Positions 1-7,382 of a stretch of DNA of 64,000 nucleotides are shown here, one piece after another (positions within the stretch are counted from its first letter, which is position 1; every line of letters begins with the position of its first letter). The position numbers and the translations under genes were made by a program. Under the pieces are notes generated by a model that saw nothing but the letters and a program-made list of their open reading frames with translations, was not told the origin of the DNA and ran no database searches. The DNA is taken from positions 25,746 to 89,745 of the IMG/VR virus record IMGVR_UViG_3300031555_001586; one strand, written 5' to 3'. The DNA comes from a virus. Taxonomy: Duplodnaviria > Caudoviricetes.

Positions 1-298
1 TAATCAAATAAATAAACAGAACAATAAAACCAAGCCAACCAAAGCACACCAGAAGCGATATAAACGGCATTTTAATTAGTAACCAAGCTTCCGCAAGCGT
101 GGCGGATACCTCAGCCCATACAGCCACCAGCTCGCCAATAGAGACAACAAAAAGAATCGTTGCACATGCTGTAATTGTTATTAGAATATACCAAAACAAT
201 TTAGCCATGAATTTTTCCAGCGCTGTCTTGTTTATCTTTATATCAAATACTCTTTCTTTATTAGTTTTATTGACTTCCTTTTTTACTGTCTTTTCCAT
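1..298 (-). CDS. Early-region membrane protein, truncated by the window edge (>=99 aa)
   Basis: Manual translation gives MEKTVKKEVNK...KLFWYILITITACATILFVVSIGELVAVWAEV...FISLLVCFGWLGFIVLFIYLI. It has an AAGGAG RBS and 2-3 hydrophobic segments and is open to position 1. Confidence 0.7.
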   Translation of the reverse strand, partial: MEKTVKKEVNKTNKERVFDIKINKTALEKFMAKLFWYILITITACATILFVVSIGELVAVWAEVSATLAEAWLLIKMPFISLLVCFGWLGFIVLFIYLI

Positions 299-317
299 AG
301 TATTTTCTCCTTTTTAA

Positions 318-443
318 TTAACAAATAACAGCAAGTGAAAAGAAAATTGCAACGGCAGAGGCCACATAAAATATGCTTATAATAACCATAACAAACTCTT
401 TTATATAATTACGGCGATAATCTTTAGGAACTTCGTAATACAT
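318..443 (-). CDS. 41-aa single-pass membrane peptide
   Basis: Manual translation: MYYEVPKDYRRNYIKEFVMVIISIFYVASAVAIFFSLAVIC. AAGGAG RBS; first gene after the promoter at 496-524. Confidence 0.65.
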   Translation of the reverse strand: MYYEVPKDYRRNYIKEFVMVIISIFYVASAVAIFFSLAVIC

Positions 444-495
444 AATCAATTCTCCTTTTGTTTTCTGTTGTTGTTTGTTGTTTGATTACAAGAGG

Positions 496-524
496 ATTAT
501 AACATAAATTTACTTATTTGTCAA
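496..524 (-). promoter_or_regulatory. Consensus sigma70/sigmaA promoter
   Basis: Reverse strand reads TTGACA-17 bp-TATAAT, with an A/T-rich upstream tract. Confidence 0.9.
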
Positions 525-761
525 GTATTTTTTATAAAATTCTGATAATTTTTCCGATAATTTTCCGAAGACATCTTGTATATTATACCAAAGGTATATC
601 TTTATATATTATACCAAAAGTATAAACTGTTTAATTACGTATATTATACCGTTGGTATATTCCATTTGTTGTTCTGGTATATTATACCGATTGTATAATA
701 TACCGACGGATACCAGAAAATATATTTGGTATATTATACGAAATTACGCCACACAAAAAAC

Positions 762-793
762 AAAAGAAAAAGAAGGTGGATTTCTCCACCTTC
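762..793 (-). terminator. Intrinsic terminator
   Basis: GAAGGTGGA-tttc-TCCACCTTC stem with a U-tract on the minus strand, just after the stop of 810-1064. Confidence 0.85.
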
Positions 794-809
794 CATATAA
801 CTTTATTTG

Positions 810-1064
810 TTATTCCTCTTCCTCCTCTTCCTCTTCTCTGTACATCAGTTCTTCAAAACTTCCATAGCCCAGCCAATCAGCAATAGTATCGTCCTCAAAC
901 CAAAAGAAATCATTAATTTCAACGTCCTCCATTCCATCAGGATAAATTTCTTCCAACATGTTTTCAATAGTGTCAATTTCATCTTCGGTCAAATACTTTA
1001 CAGTATCTTTTGCACCGCTCCAAAAATCAAAGTTTACAAGTCTTTCTTCCGTGTAGATTTTCAT
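810..1064 (-). CDS. 84-aa highly acidic early protein (possible DNA mimic)
   Basis: The RBS-supported start (AAGGAGG) is MKIYTEERLVNFDFWSGAKD at 1064, not the ORF-track start at 1133. Very D/E-rich with a poly-E C-terminus. Confidence 0.85.
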   Translation of the reverse strand: MKIYTEERLVNFDFWSGAKDTVKYLTEDEIDTIENMLEEIYPDGMEDVEINDFFWFEDDTIADWLGYGSFEELMYREEEEEEEE

Positions 1065-1123
1065 GGTATTTTCCTCCTTGTTGTTTTTATCTGTTGTTGT
1101 GTTCTGTTCTTCTTTACACCTAT

Positions 1124-1152
1124 ATAATAGCATATATTTTCTAAGTTGTCAA
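1124..1152 (-). promoter_or_regulatory. sigma70/sigmaA promoter
   Basis: Reverse strand reads TTGACA-17-TATTAT. Confidence 0.85.
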
Positions 1153-1576
1153 GTAGTTTTTATTTATTTTCCAAGAAATTTTCCAGTATTTTTATACATT
1201 TGTATATTATACGAATCATAAAATTTATCACTCGTTCGTTACTGGCCTCGTATATTATACCAGTGGTATATAATATAAATTTTCCGAGCGCAGCTTGCCA
1301 TACATCCGTATATTATACCAAATATTTTCCGCATGATGTTTCTATAATATTCCGTATAATATACCAATAATACATATATAATAATATTCCGTATAATATA
1401 CGATTATATATTTATTAATTATATATGTTATATACTGTTAGTATAATATACCGATTGGTATATTATACCTCTGGTATAAATAATAAATAAATCTTCCAAA
1501 CAACTCGTATATTATACCAAATTTCTATGCTGTTTATACATCGGTATAATATACGAATTTTCCAAGAAAAAATTCT

Positions 1577-1610
1577 AAAAGAAAAACAGTGGAGATAAAT
1601 TCTCCACTGT
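1577..1610 (-). terminator. Intrinsic terminator
   Basis: ACAGTGGAGA-taaat-TCTCCACTGT stem plus a U-tract on the minus strand. Confidence 0.85.
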
Positions 1611-1618
1611 CTGTTTAT

Positions 1619-1858
1619 TTAAAGTCCAGCCATTGCCAGAATAGCGTCCTCATAATAGCAAGCTCTTTCCGTCACTGCAACCTTTTTCATTCTAGGATAA
1701 AAATTTCCTCTCAACCAAAACAACTGCAATTCTTCTGTAGTGCTATAATTACCGCTCGCATAGTTTTTCCAAGCAAGGTCAAAAGCTTGTTTTGCTCTCT
1801 TCATTTTTCCAGCCTTAATATTGTCATTACAAGCGTTGATATAATCCATGGTAGACAT
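1619..1858 (-). CDS. 79-aa hypothetical early protein
   Basis: ORF track; GGAGG RBS upstream and a terminator downstream. Confidence 0.8.
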   Translation of the reverse strand: MSTMDYINACNDNIKAGKMKRAKQAFDLAWKNYASGNYSTTEELQLFWLRGNFYPRMKKVAVTERACYYEDAILAMAGL

Positions 1859-1873
1859 AAATTTTCCTCCGTA

Positions 1874-2050
1874 TTATTTCGCTAAAAACATGCTTTTGTC
1901 GATTTTTTCCAATGCAATCATCAAACCTGTAATTACTCCATTGTAATGGTCTTCGTGCATAGCTCCGCAATTCTCCAACATTTCTTCTTCGAACTCAATC
2001 TGCAATTTAATTGCAAGTTTCAAAACGTCCGCATATTCTTTAATACCCAT
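1874..2050 (-). CDS. 58-aa hypothetical early protein
   Basis: Manual translation: MGIKEYADVLKLAIKLQIEFEEEMLENCGAMHEDHYNGVITGLMIALEKIDKSMFLAK. GGAGG RBS. Confidence 0.8.
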   Translation of the reverse strand: MGIKEYADVLKLAIKLQIEFEEEMLENCGAMHEDHYNGVITGLMIALEKIDKSMFLAK

Positions 2051-2095
2051 AAAATTTCCTCCATGTTGTGTTGTTCTGTTGTTGTTTACACACTT

Positions 2096-2124
2096 ATAAT
2101 AGCATACTTTTTATCATTTGTCAA
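2096..2124 (-). promoter_or_regulatory. sigma70/sigmaA promoter
   Basis: Reverse strand reads TTGACA-17-TATTAT. Confidence 0.85.
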
Positions 2125-2359
2125 GTAGTAAATTAAAAATTCCAACAAAAAATTCCACAAAAATCCATTCAGTATTTTGTATATTATACCGTTTCCCATT
2201 TAGTTTTTATCTGTTGTTCCTCCGTATAATATACCAAGGTATAATATACTAAATTTTCTTCCTGCAAAACTCCGTATATTATACGTTTGCGTATAATATA
2301 CCAAGATATAAAACTCCGTATAATATACCAAACTTTCCATATTTAAAATCCAAAACAAA

Positions 2360-2390
2360 AAAAGAAAAAGAGGGAAGTTTTCTTCCCTCT
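2360..2390 (-). terminator. Intrinsic terminator
   Basis: AGAGGGAAG-tttt-CTTCCCTCT stem plus a U-tract on the minus strand. Confidence 0.85.
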
Positions 2391-2410
2391 AATCTTTATA
2401 TCTTTATCTG

Positions 2411-2716
2411 TTAGATATCGTAATAAACTTCTTCCTTGTAATACCCTTCCATTTCAACCGCTACTGTGAATCTATCCTGTACAGAGAAAGAATATCCAAA
2501 GTCCTTGTTGTATTTTCTGCTTGCTTCCGTTGCTACATTGTAATAAGCGTCTACCGCTTTTTCCGCATCATAAACGCCCTTCTTTGCTTTCTTCTTAAGG
2601 CTGTTAATAACCGCTGTGGTCATCCCTCTGTAAAGTTCTCCGTCATTGGTAGCATACAAGAAAAGCTCTCTGGATTCAGTGGTTTCCTTATAAATCATGT
2701 TTTTTGTACGTTTCAT
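2411..2716 (-). CDS. 101-aa hypothetical early protein
   Basis: The RBS (GGAGGG) supports the start MKRTKNMIYKETTESRELFLYATNDGELY at 2716. Confidence 0.85.
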   Translation of the reverse strand: MKRTKNMIYKETTESRELFLYATNDGELYRGMTTAVINSLKKKAKKGVYDAEKAVDAYYNVATEASRKYNKDFGYSFSVQDRFTVAVEMEGYYKEEVYYDI

Positions 2717-2769
2717 GGTGTATCCCTCCATAAGTTGTTGTTGTTTGGTGTTGTTCTTTATCTGTCTAT

Positions 2770-2798
2770 AATATATCATATAAAAAGTGGCTTGTCAA
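2770..2798 (-). promoter_or_regulatory. sigma70/sigmaA promoter (extended -10)
   Basis: Reverse strand reads TTGACA-17-TATATT with TG one base upstream of the -10. Confidence 0.8.
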
Positions 2799-3354
2799 GT
2801 AGTAAATTAAAAATTCCAAACAATTTTTTCCATGTTGAATGGCTTTGTATATTATACCAACTGCCAGCATACAAAGCCCGTATATTATACCGCTCTGGTA
2901 TAATATACGGATAACGTAGCAGCATCACTATTTGGTATATTATACCACGGGTATAATATACCTCTGGTATACCTGAAACGGTATAATATACGGCTTGCGT
3001 ATATTATACCGAACACCAAGAAAAGCGTATATTATACCAAGCTGTAAACAGCGCCGTATAATATACCAAAGACAGTACAAAACAAAACCGTATATTATAC
3101 CAATTGGTATAGCTCTGGACTCTTTCAGCCTCTCAACAATATCCCAAACAGTATTTTATACCGCTCTCAGGCTCTCAGTGGCTCTCTCTGCCATTTTAAT
3201 AGTCTCAGAGGGTTAACACAAGTGAAGAAAAAACGACGCTCTCAGAGGCTCACAGAGGCCCTCAGAACGTCGGTATAATATACGGAAATGATAGAAGTAT
3301 AGACGGCGGAAATCAGTGGTATAATATACGATTGCACACAATTAAAATAGGCAT

Positions 3355-3386
3355 AAAAAAAGAGGGGCATTTTAGCCCCTCTTTTT
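3355..3386. terminator. Bidirectional-looking intrinsic terminator
   Basis: AAAAAAAGAGGGGC-loop-GCCCCTCTTTTT. Confidence 0.85.
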
Positions 3387-3692
3387 CATAGTTTCTATAG
3401 TTTCTTTAATCTCACAATCTACAATTGCTTTTTCGTCGTAGTTTAACCAATAGTAATAGCCCTTAACAGGAGCGCATAAAAAATCACCTTTTTCGTTGCT
3501 AACTCCAAGACCAACCGCATAATGAGCTGGGAGATTAGTAAGCGCCCATAAATAAGCGGTGTCAATGTCAGGCGCATCAATTTCGATTTTGATACTATCG
3601 ACAATAGCGAAGTCGGGGTATTTACGAGCGGTGTCCCATGCAAAATAAGTAGGGACATCAGAAAAGCGATTAGCACGAATAAAATGTTTCAT
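3372..3692 (-). CDS. 106-aa hypothetical early protein
   Basis: ORF track; GAGAGG RBS. Confidence 0.75.
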   Translation of the reverse strand: MKHFIRANRFSDVPTYFAWDTARKYPDFAIVDSIKIEIDAPDIDTAYLWALTNLPAHYAVGLGVSNEKGDFLCAPVKGYYYWLNYDEKAIVDCEIKETIETMKKRG

Positions 3693-3713
3693 AGTAACTT
3701 TCCTCTCTTTAAT

Positions 3714-3738
3714 AAAAGGGGCTGATTCCTCAGCCCCT
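3714..3738 (-). terminator. Intrinsic terminator
   Basis: AGGGGCTGA-ttcc-TCAGCCCCT stem plus a U-tract on the minus strand. Confidence 0.8.
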
Positions 3739-3751
3739 ATAACTTTATCAC

Positions 3752-4453
3752 TTATAAAGCATAGTCGATAAATACGGCCTTGTAATATCCCTTGTTGTAA
3801 TCAAAGATTACGCCGGAGTTACCGCCGTTATGCATCGCATCACGCCAGCCCTGTTTTTTAGACATTCTAGCAAGTTTTTGAAGTCTTTCGTCGGCATCTT
3901 CACCGACATATCCATGTTCACGGTTCAAACGTTCGGCCTTGCGACATGCGCTATATGCATCGGATACATAAACGGCCTTTTGTGCAATAATTACCACATT
4001 GTTTTGCATTGTCTCAGAAGTTGCGGTAACCTTATCAGATTTGCTAGTAAAATACTTAAGAATCGGACAAAGTAAATCGGCGTATTCAGTTTCTGCGAAC
4101 TCTACCCAACAATTGATTTCGTCAACCAACTGATTACCAGTGCATTTGGCGTGTTCACCATGGACATTAGGTACATAACCGCCAGTTTTATGACGCTTAA
4201 TAACGATATACTTAAAAGCGTCACCCTCATGATTAACTAGGTGGCAAGTCTTAGTTGCGCCATGCTCACAGCTCCAATCATCACGGCTATACAGCTCGTT
4301 AATACGCCACTGGTCGTAAACCATGCCACGATTAGAGTTGGTATTGCAAGCAATCAACCATTCGATTAACGCACGATGGTTGTGCTTCTTTGCCTTTGCC
4401 ATAGCGGACTGAATAGCTTTAGTTTCAGGGTTCTTTCTAGTTGTCATTGTCAT
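3752..4453 (-). CDS. Putative protein-kinase-like (PKL fold) early protein
   Basis: Motifs appear in kinase order: HGATKT (Gly loop), YIVIK (beta3 Lys), NQLVDE (helix C Glu), IAQK (hinge), RDAMHNGGN (catalytic-loop-like), FIDY (DFG-like). AAGGAG RBS. Confidence 0.6.
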   Translation of the reverse strand: MTMTTRKNPETKAIQSAMAKAKKHNHRALIEWLIACNTNSNRGMVYDQWRINELYSRDDWSCEHGATKTCHLVNHEGDAFKYIVIKRHKTGGYVPNVHGEHAKCTGNQLVDEINCWVEFAETEYADLLCPILKYFTSKSDKVTATSETMQNNVVIIAQKAVYVSDAYSACRKAERLNREHGYVGEDADERLQKLARMSKKQGWRDAMHNGGNSGVIFDYNKGYYKAVFIDYAL

Positions 4454-4507
4454 GATAATGCATCTCCTTTTGTTGTTGCGGTATGTTATACCGTTGTTGT
4501 TGTCTAC

Positions 4508-4537
4508 ATTATAAGCTAGTCAAAAGCTACTTGTCAA
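4508..4537 (-). promoter_or_regulatory. sigma70/sigmaA promoter of the kinase-like gene
   Basis: Reverse strand reads TTGACA-18-TATAAT. Confidence 0.8.
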
Positions 4538-4701
4538 CTGATATGTTGCGAGTACAAAACGCCCACCGTTCTTGTGCAATACTGCTATATCCCTTGGAGC
4601 GAGAAACTGCCTATGACTTAGGGCGTTTAGACGGTATAGCCCGCCCTAATTAGGGCCAGACCGCTTGACTGATTGGATTTTGCTTTGCTTTGGATGTCTC
4701 A

Positions 4702-4729
4702 ATTATAGCTCATATTTTACACTTTTCAA
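4702..4729 (-). promoter_or_regulatory. Probable sigma70/sigmaA promoter with no ORF downstream
   Basis: Reverse strand reads TTGAAA-16-TATAAT. Confidence 0.55.
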
Positions 4730-4959
4730 GATGGGAAATTGCACAAAAAAAGAGCTTTAAAAAGCCCGTTTTGACTATGGTTTTTGTATAAAATACACAA
4801 ACGAAAATATGGGCTTCGGTATATTATACAAAACAGATACACTGTTTATAGCTCTGTTTTGTGCACATTGTATAATATACAAAAGGATATAGCATATTGC
4901 ACAAATAATATAGTTTTGTTTTGGCTATTTTGACGATAGACAAGGGGCGGTATAATATA

Positions 4960-5121
4960 CGAACGAACGTTCGATAAAATAGTGTGACATAATATCGAAC
5001 GAATGTTCTAAAAAATAGGGTGGTATAATATACAAAAATTTGTTCGAAAATATGGGCTGGTATGGATATAGAACAAATGTTCAATAATAGGGGTGGGGGG
5101 TGGTTTACAAACAAATGTTTG
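4960..5121. promoter_or_regulatory. Cluster of Firmicutes-type LexA (SOS/Cheo) boxes
   Basis: CGAAC-GAAC-GTTCG (4960-4973), CGAAC-GAAT-GTTCT (4996-5009) and AGAAC-AAAT-GTTCA (5070-5083). Degenerate copies at 5033-5046 and 5108-5121. Confidence 0.75.
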
Positions 5122-5194
5122 TTTTCTTTTTTAGGAAGTTGGATATGGGGTTCATCTATTCCTAAACGGTAAAAAAATTAACACGGTAAAAAAT

Positions 5195-5276
5195 AACACA
5201 GCTAAACACAGCTAAACATAGCAATAACACAATCAAACACAATTAAACACAATCAAGCACTAACTAACACAATATA
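5195..5276 (+). repeat. About 8 imperfect tandem 10-bp repeats (AACACAGCTA / AACACAATYA)
   Basis: Read directly; lies within a G-depleted C/A-rich tract (about 5160-5760). Confidence 0.8.
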
Positions 5277-5803
5277 ACAATCCCACCTCTCCAACCTTTC
5301 ATACTTCTCTCATCCCCAACCCCATCTCCATTCACATCCTCTCTCCTTTACCCCCTATATTCACGAAAACCCCACGAGCCAAAATAACGACCGTCTCAAC
5401 CACAAAATCACAAACAACAACCAAAACACAAACCAATAATAACCTAAAAATAATGCACTAAACACAACAACTATAATTACAATAATCCAACAACGAAGTC
5501 AACATACATATTACAAATCCATATACCACTACTCATACACTCCAAATATCATAAAAAATATCCCATTAGTATCTCTAATCATCGTTAACTACAAACAACC
5601 TAAAAACAAGACAGCTTAAATCAAAACAAATATCCAAAATTTAATCATAAATACCGTCAAAATTTCCCGTGACAAAGATAAATAATAAAATAAATACATT
5701 GTTTTAATGCCATTTATAAAATTATCAAAATAATAATCGTAAATCGTATGTAACATATACAAAAAATAAAATAAAAAATATTAAAAATTTTCTAAAAAAG
5801 TAC

Positions 5804-5832
5804 TTGACTTTTTAAAACAGATATGATATAAT
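5804..5832 (+). promoter_or_regulatory. sigma70/sigmaA promoter driving the rightward arm
   Basis: TTGACT-17-TATAAT with an extended TG and an A-rich UP-like tract. Confidence 0.85.
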
Positions 5833-6057
5833 TCCATCAACGGTTGAGTTAAGAAATTTATAACTAATAAATTGATATAAATATTAATTTATATAATTAT
5901 TAAAGTTATAGACTATCTTATATAAAACCAATATAATAATCATATAAGAATCTGTGCTACGAATAACGCATCTTTTAAAACGTAGCTCAGTAAGTGGCCG
6001 CAGGTCACTATAGTATTTTTATATATCTATATACTTATATGTATAGAACGGAAAAAA

Positions 6058-6129
6058 ACCGTACATTTTGTACGGTGGTCAAAGCCAAAAATACAATTAG
6101 CACCGTACATTTTGTACGGTGGTCAAAGC
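6058..6129. repeat. Two identical 28-bp direct repeats, each containing an 8-3-8 palindrome
   Basis: ACCGTACA-TTT-TGTACGGT-GGTCAAAGC at 6058-6085 and 6102-6129 (44-bp period). Confidence 0.95.
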
Positions 6130-6164
6130 AAATTTCAAACATTAAAGGTGGTGATAGAATCAGT

Positions 6165-7064
6165 GTGAATAACAGACATGAACAAAACCAATACAAAGTT
6201 ATTGATGGCAAATATGAATACAAAAAACTCCCCCTAGAAGAATCGCAATCAAAATATATATACATTCCTTCGTCTGTTATTACGGACACTGAACTAGATG
6301 TAAGAAGAGTTGGAGTATTTTCATATTTAAGAATCCATTGCGGATTAAACAATGTAATTAATTTTACTGTTCCAGATGTAGTTGAATGGTGTGGTGGAAA
6401 GCCGGATAGAAGAGCAAATGGCTCTAATGATAAAACTTTGTCTACTATGGATTTATTAAAGAATAGGGGTTATTTAACATATTTAACCGAAATTAGCAGA
6501 AGTTCCTTTATGAAATGTAGATTTAATACAGATTATTATTATGATAATTGTTCTAATGGATATGCCGCTATTTATTTAGACGAGTTAGGTAGTATAATGA
6601 GTTATCAAAAAGACAACTCAAAAGATAGTACTATAAACAATACAACTATACTTCTTGTGTTCGCTTTTCTCAGACTCAGGATAAAGCGCAGACCGAATGA
6701 GCTAAAACCAGAGGAAAGATATCCAGATAATATTAAAAGTCGGAGAGAAAGACTTCCAGAGGCTTACAGCGGCAATATTAATGATATGGCTAATGAAATT
6801 GGAATATCGTCAAAGACTTTTTCAAAAATAATTGATATCCTTGAGTATGAGTTATGTTTAATTGTAACCGATAGAGCTTATAGGATTAAGAATGAAAATA
6901 AAGAATTTAGAACACTGCCAACTATTTTTGCGAATGCTTATAAACGTGAAGACAGATATCTTTTGGATACTGGTAGCGATTATAGCAGGACAGAAATAGA
7001 ACTAAAGGCACGGCATTATCAAGATTATAAAATTGATAAAAGAAAAAGGAAAAGAAAGGAGTGA
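6165..7064 (+). CDS. 299-aa DNA-binding protein with probable tandem winged-HTH domains (regulator or Rep-like)
   Basis: The GTG start follows AAAGGTGGTGA; the track start at 5994 lacks an RBS. wHTH-like segments FSYLRIHC...TVPDVVEWCG and INDMANEIGISSKTFSKIIDIL; basic C-terminus. Confidence 0.6.
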   Translation: MNNRHEQNQYKVIDGKYEYKKLPLEESQSKYIYIPSSVITDTELDVRRVGVFSYLRIHCGLNNVINFTVPDVVEWCGGKPDRRANGSNDKTLSTMDLLKNRGYLTYLTEISRSSFMKCRFNTDYYYDNCSNGYAAIYLDELGSIMSYQKDNSKDSTINNTTILLVFAFLRLRIKRRPNELKPEERYPDNIKSRRERLPEAYSGNINDMANEIGISSKTFSKIIDILEYELCLIVTDRAYRIKNENKEFRTLPTIFANAYKREDRYLLDTGSDYSRTEIELKARHYQDYKIDKRKRKRKE

Positions 7065-7070
7065 ATGTAA

Positions 7071-7349
7071 ATGGATGAAAAATATATGGTAGATGATATA
7101 TTGAATGAGCAATATTGTGAATATTTAAAAGACATCTTTTCTCTTCCAAAGAAAAGAGATGTATATAAACAACGAAATAATCTTTATCAAGAAGATAACA
7201 ATTTCTATTTATCAGAATCTGATTTTTACCCATCTGCCGATAATAGAGTTTTAAAATCATTTGTTGAAGATATAAACGGTGGAGATAATTTTGCTGATTA
7301 TTGTGAGGAATTTTTTGAAATGCTTGAAGAAGAAGGATATTATGATTGA
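7071..7349 (+). CDS. 92-aa acidic hypothetical protein
   Basis: ORF track; AAGGAG RBS. Confidence 0.8.
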   Translation: MDEKYMVDDILNEQYCEYLKDIFSLPKKRDVYKQRNNLYQEDNNFYLSESDFYPSADNRVLKSFVEDINGGDNFADYCEEFFEMLEEEGYYD

Positions 7350-7382
7350 TAACTAATAAGGTTATAAAGGGAAGGCGATAAA

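Larger units (their letters stand above)
578..5033. repeat. Dispersed clusters of the 11-bp palindrome GTATAWTATAC (about 37 copies)
   Basis: Counted by eye in intergenic clusters: about 578-740 (6), 1202-1554 (9), 2179-2328 (6), 2847-3100 (10), 3273-3329 (2) and 4819-5033 (4). Confidence 0.95.

Noticed and set aside
99-3216. Plus-strand ORFs in the early region (e.g. 99-317, 807-1127, 1589-1885, 2995-3216)
   Set aside because: They overlap RBS- and promoter-supported minus-strand genes or run through repeat arrays, and they have no RBS.
578-3330. CRISPR array interpretation of the GTATAWTATAC clusters
   Set aside because: The repeats are only 11-13 bp, spacer lengths are highly irregular, and no cas genes are present.
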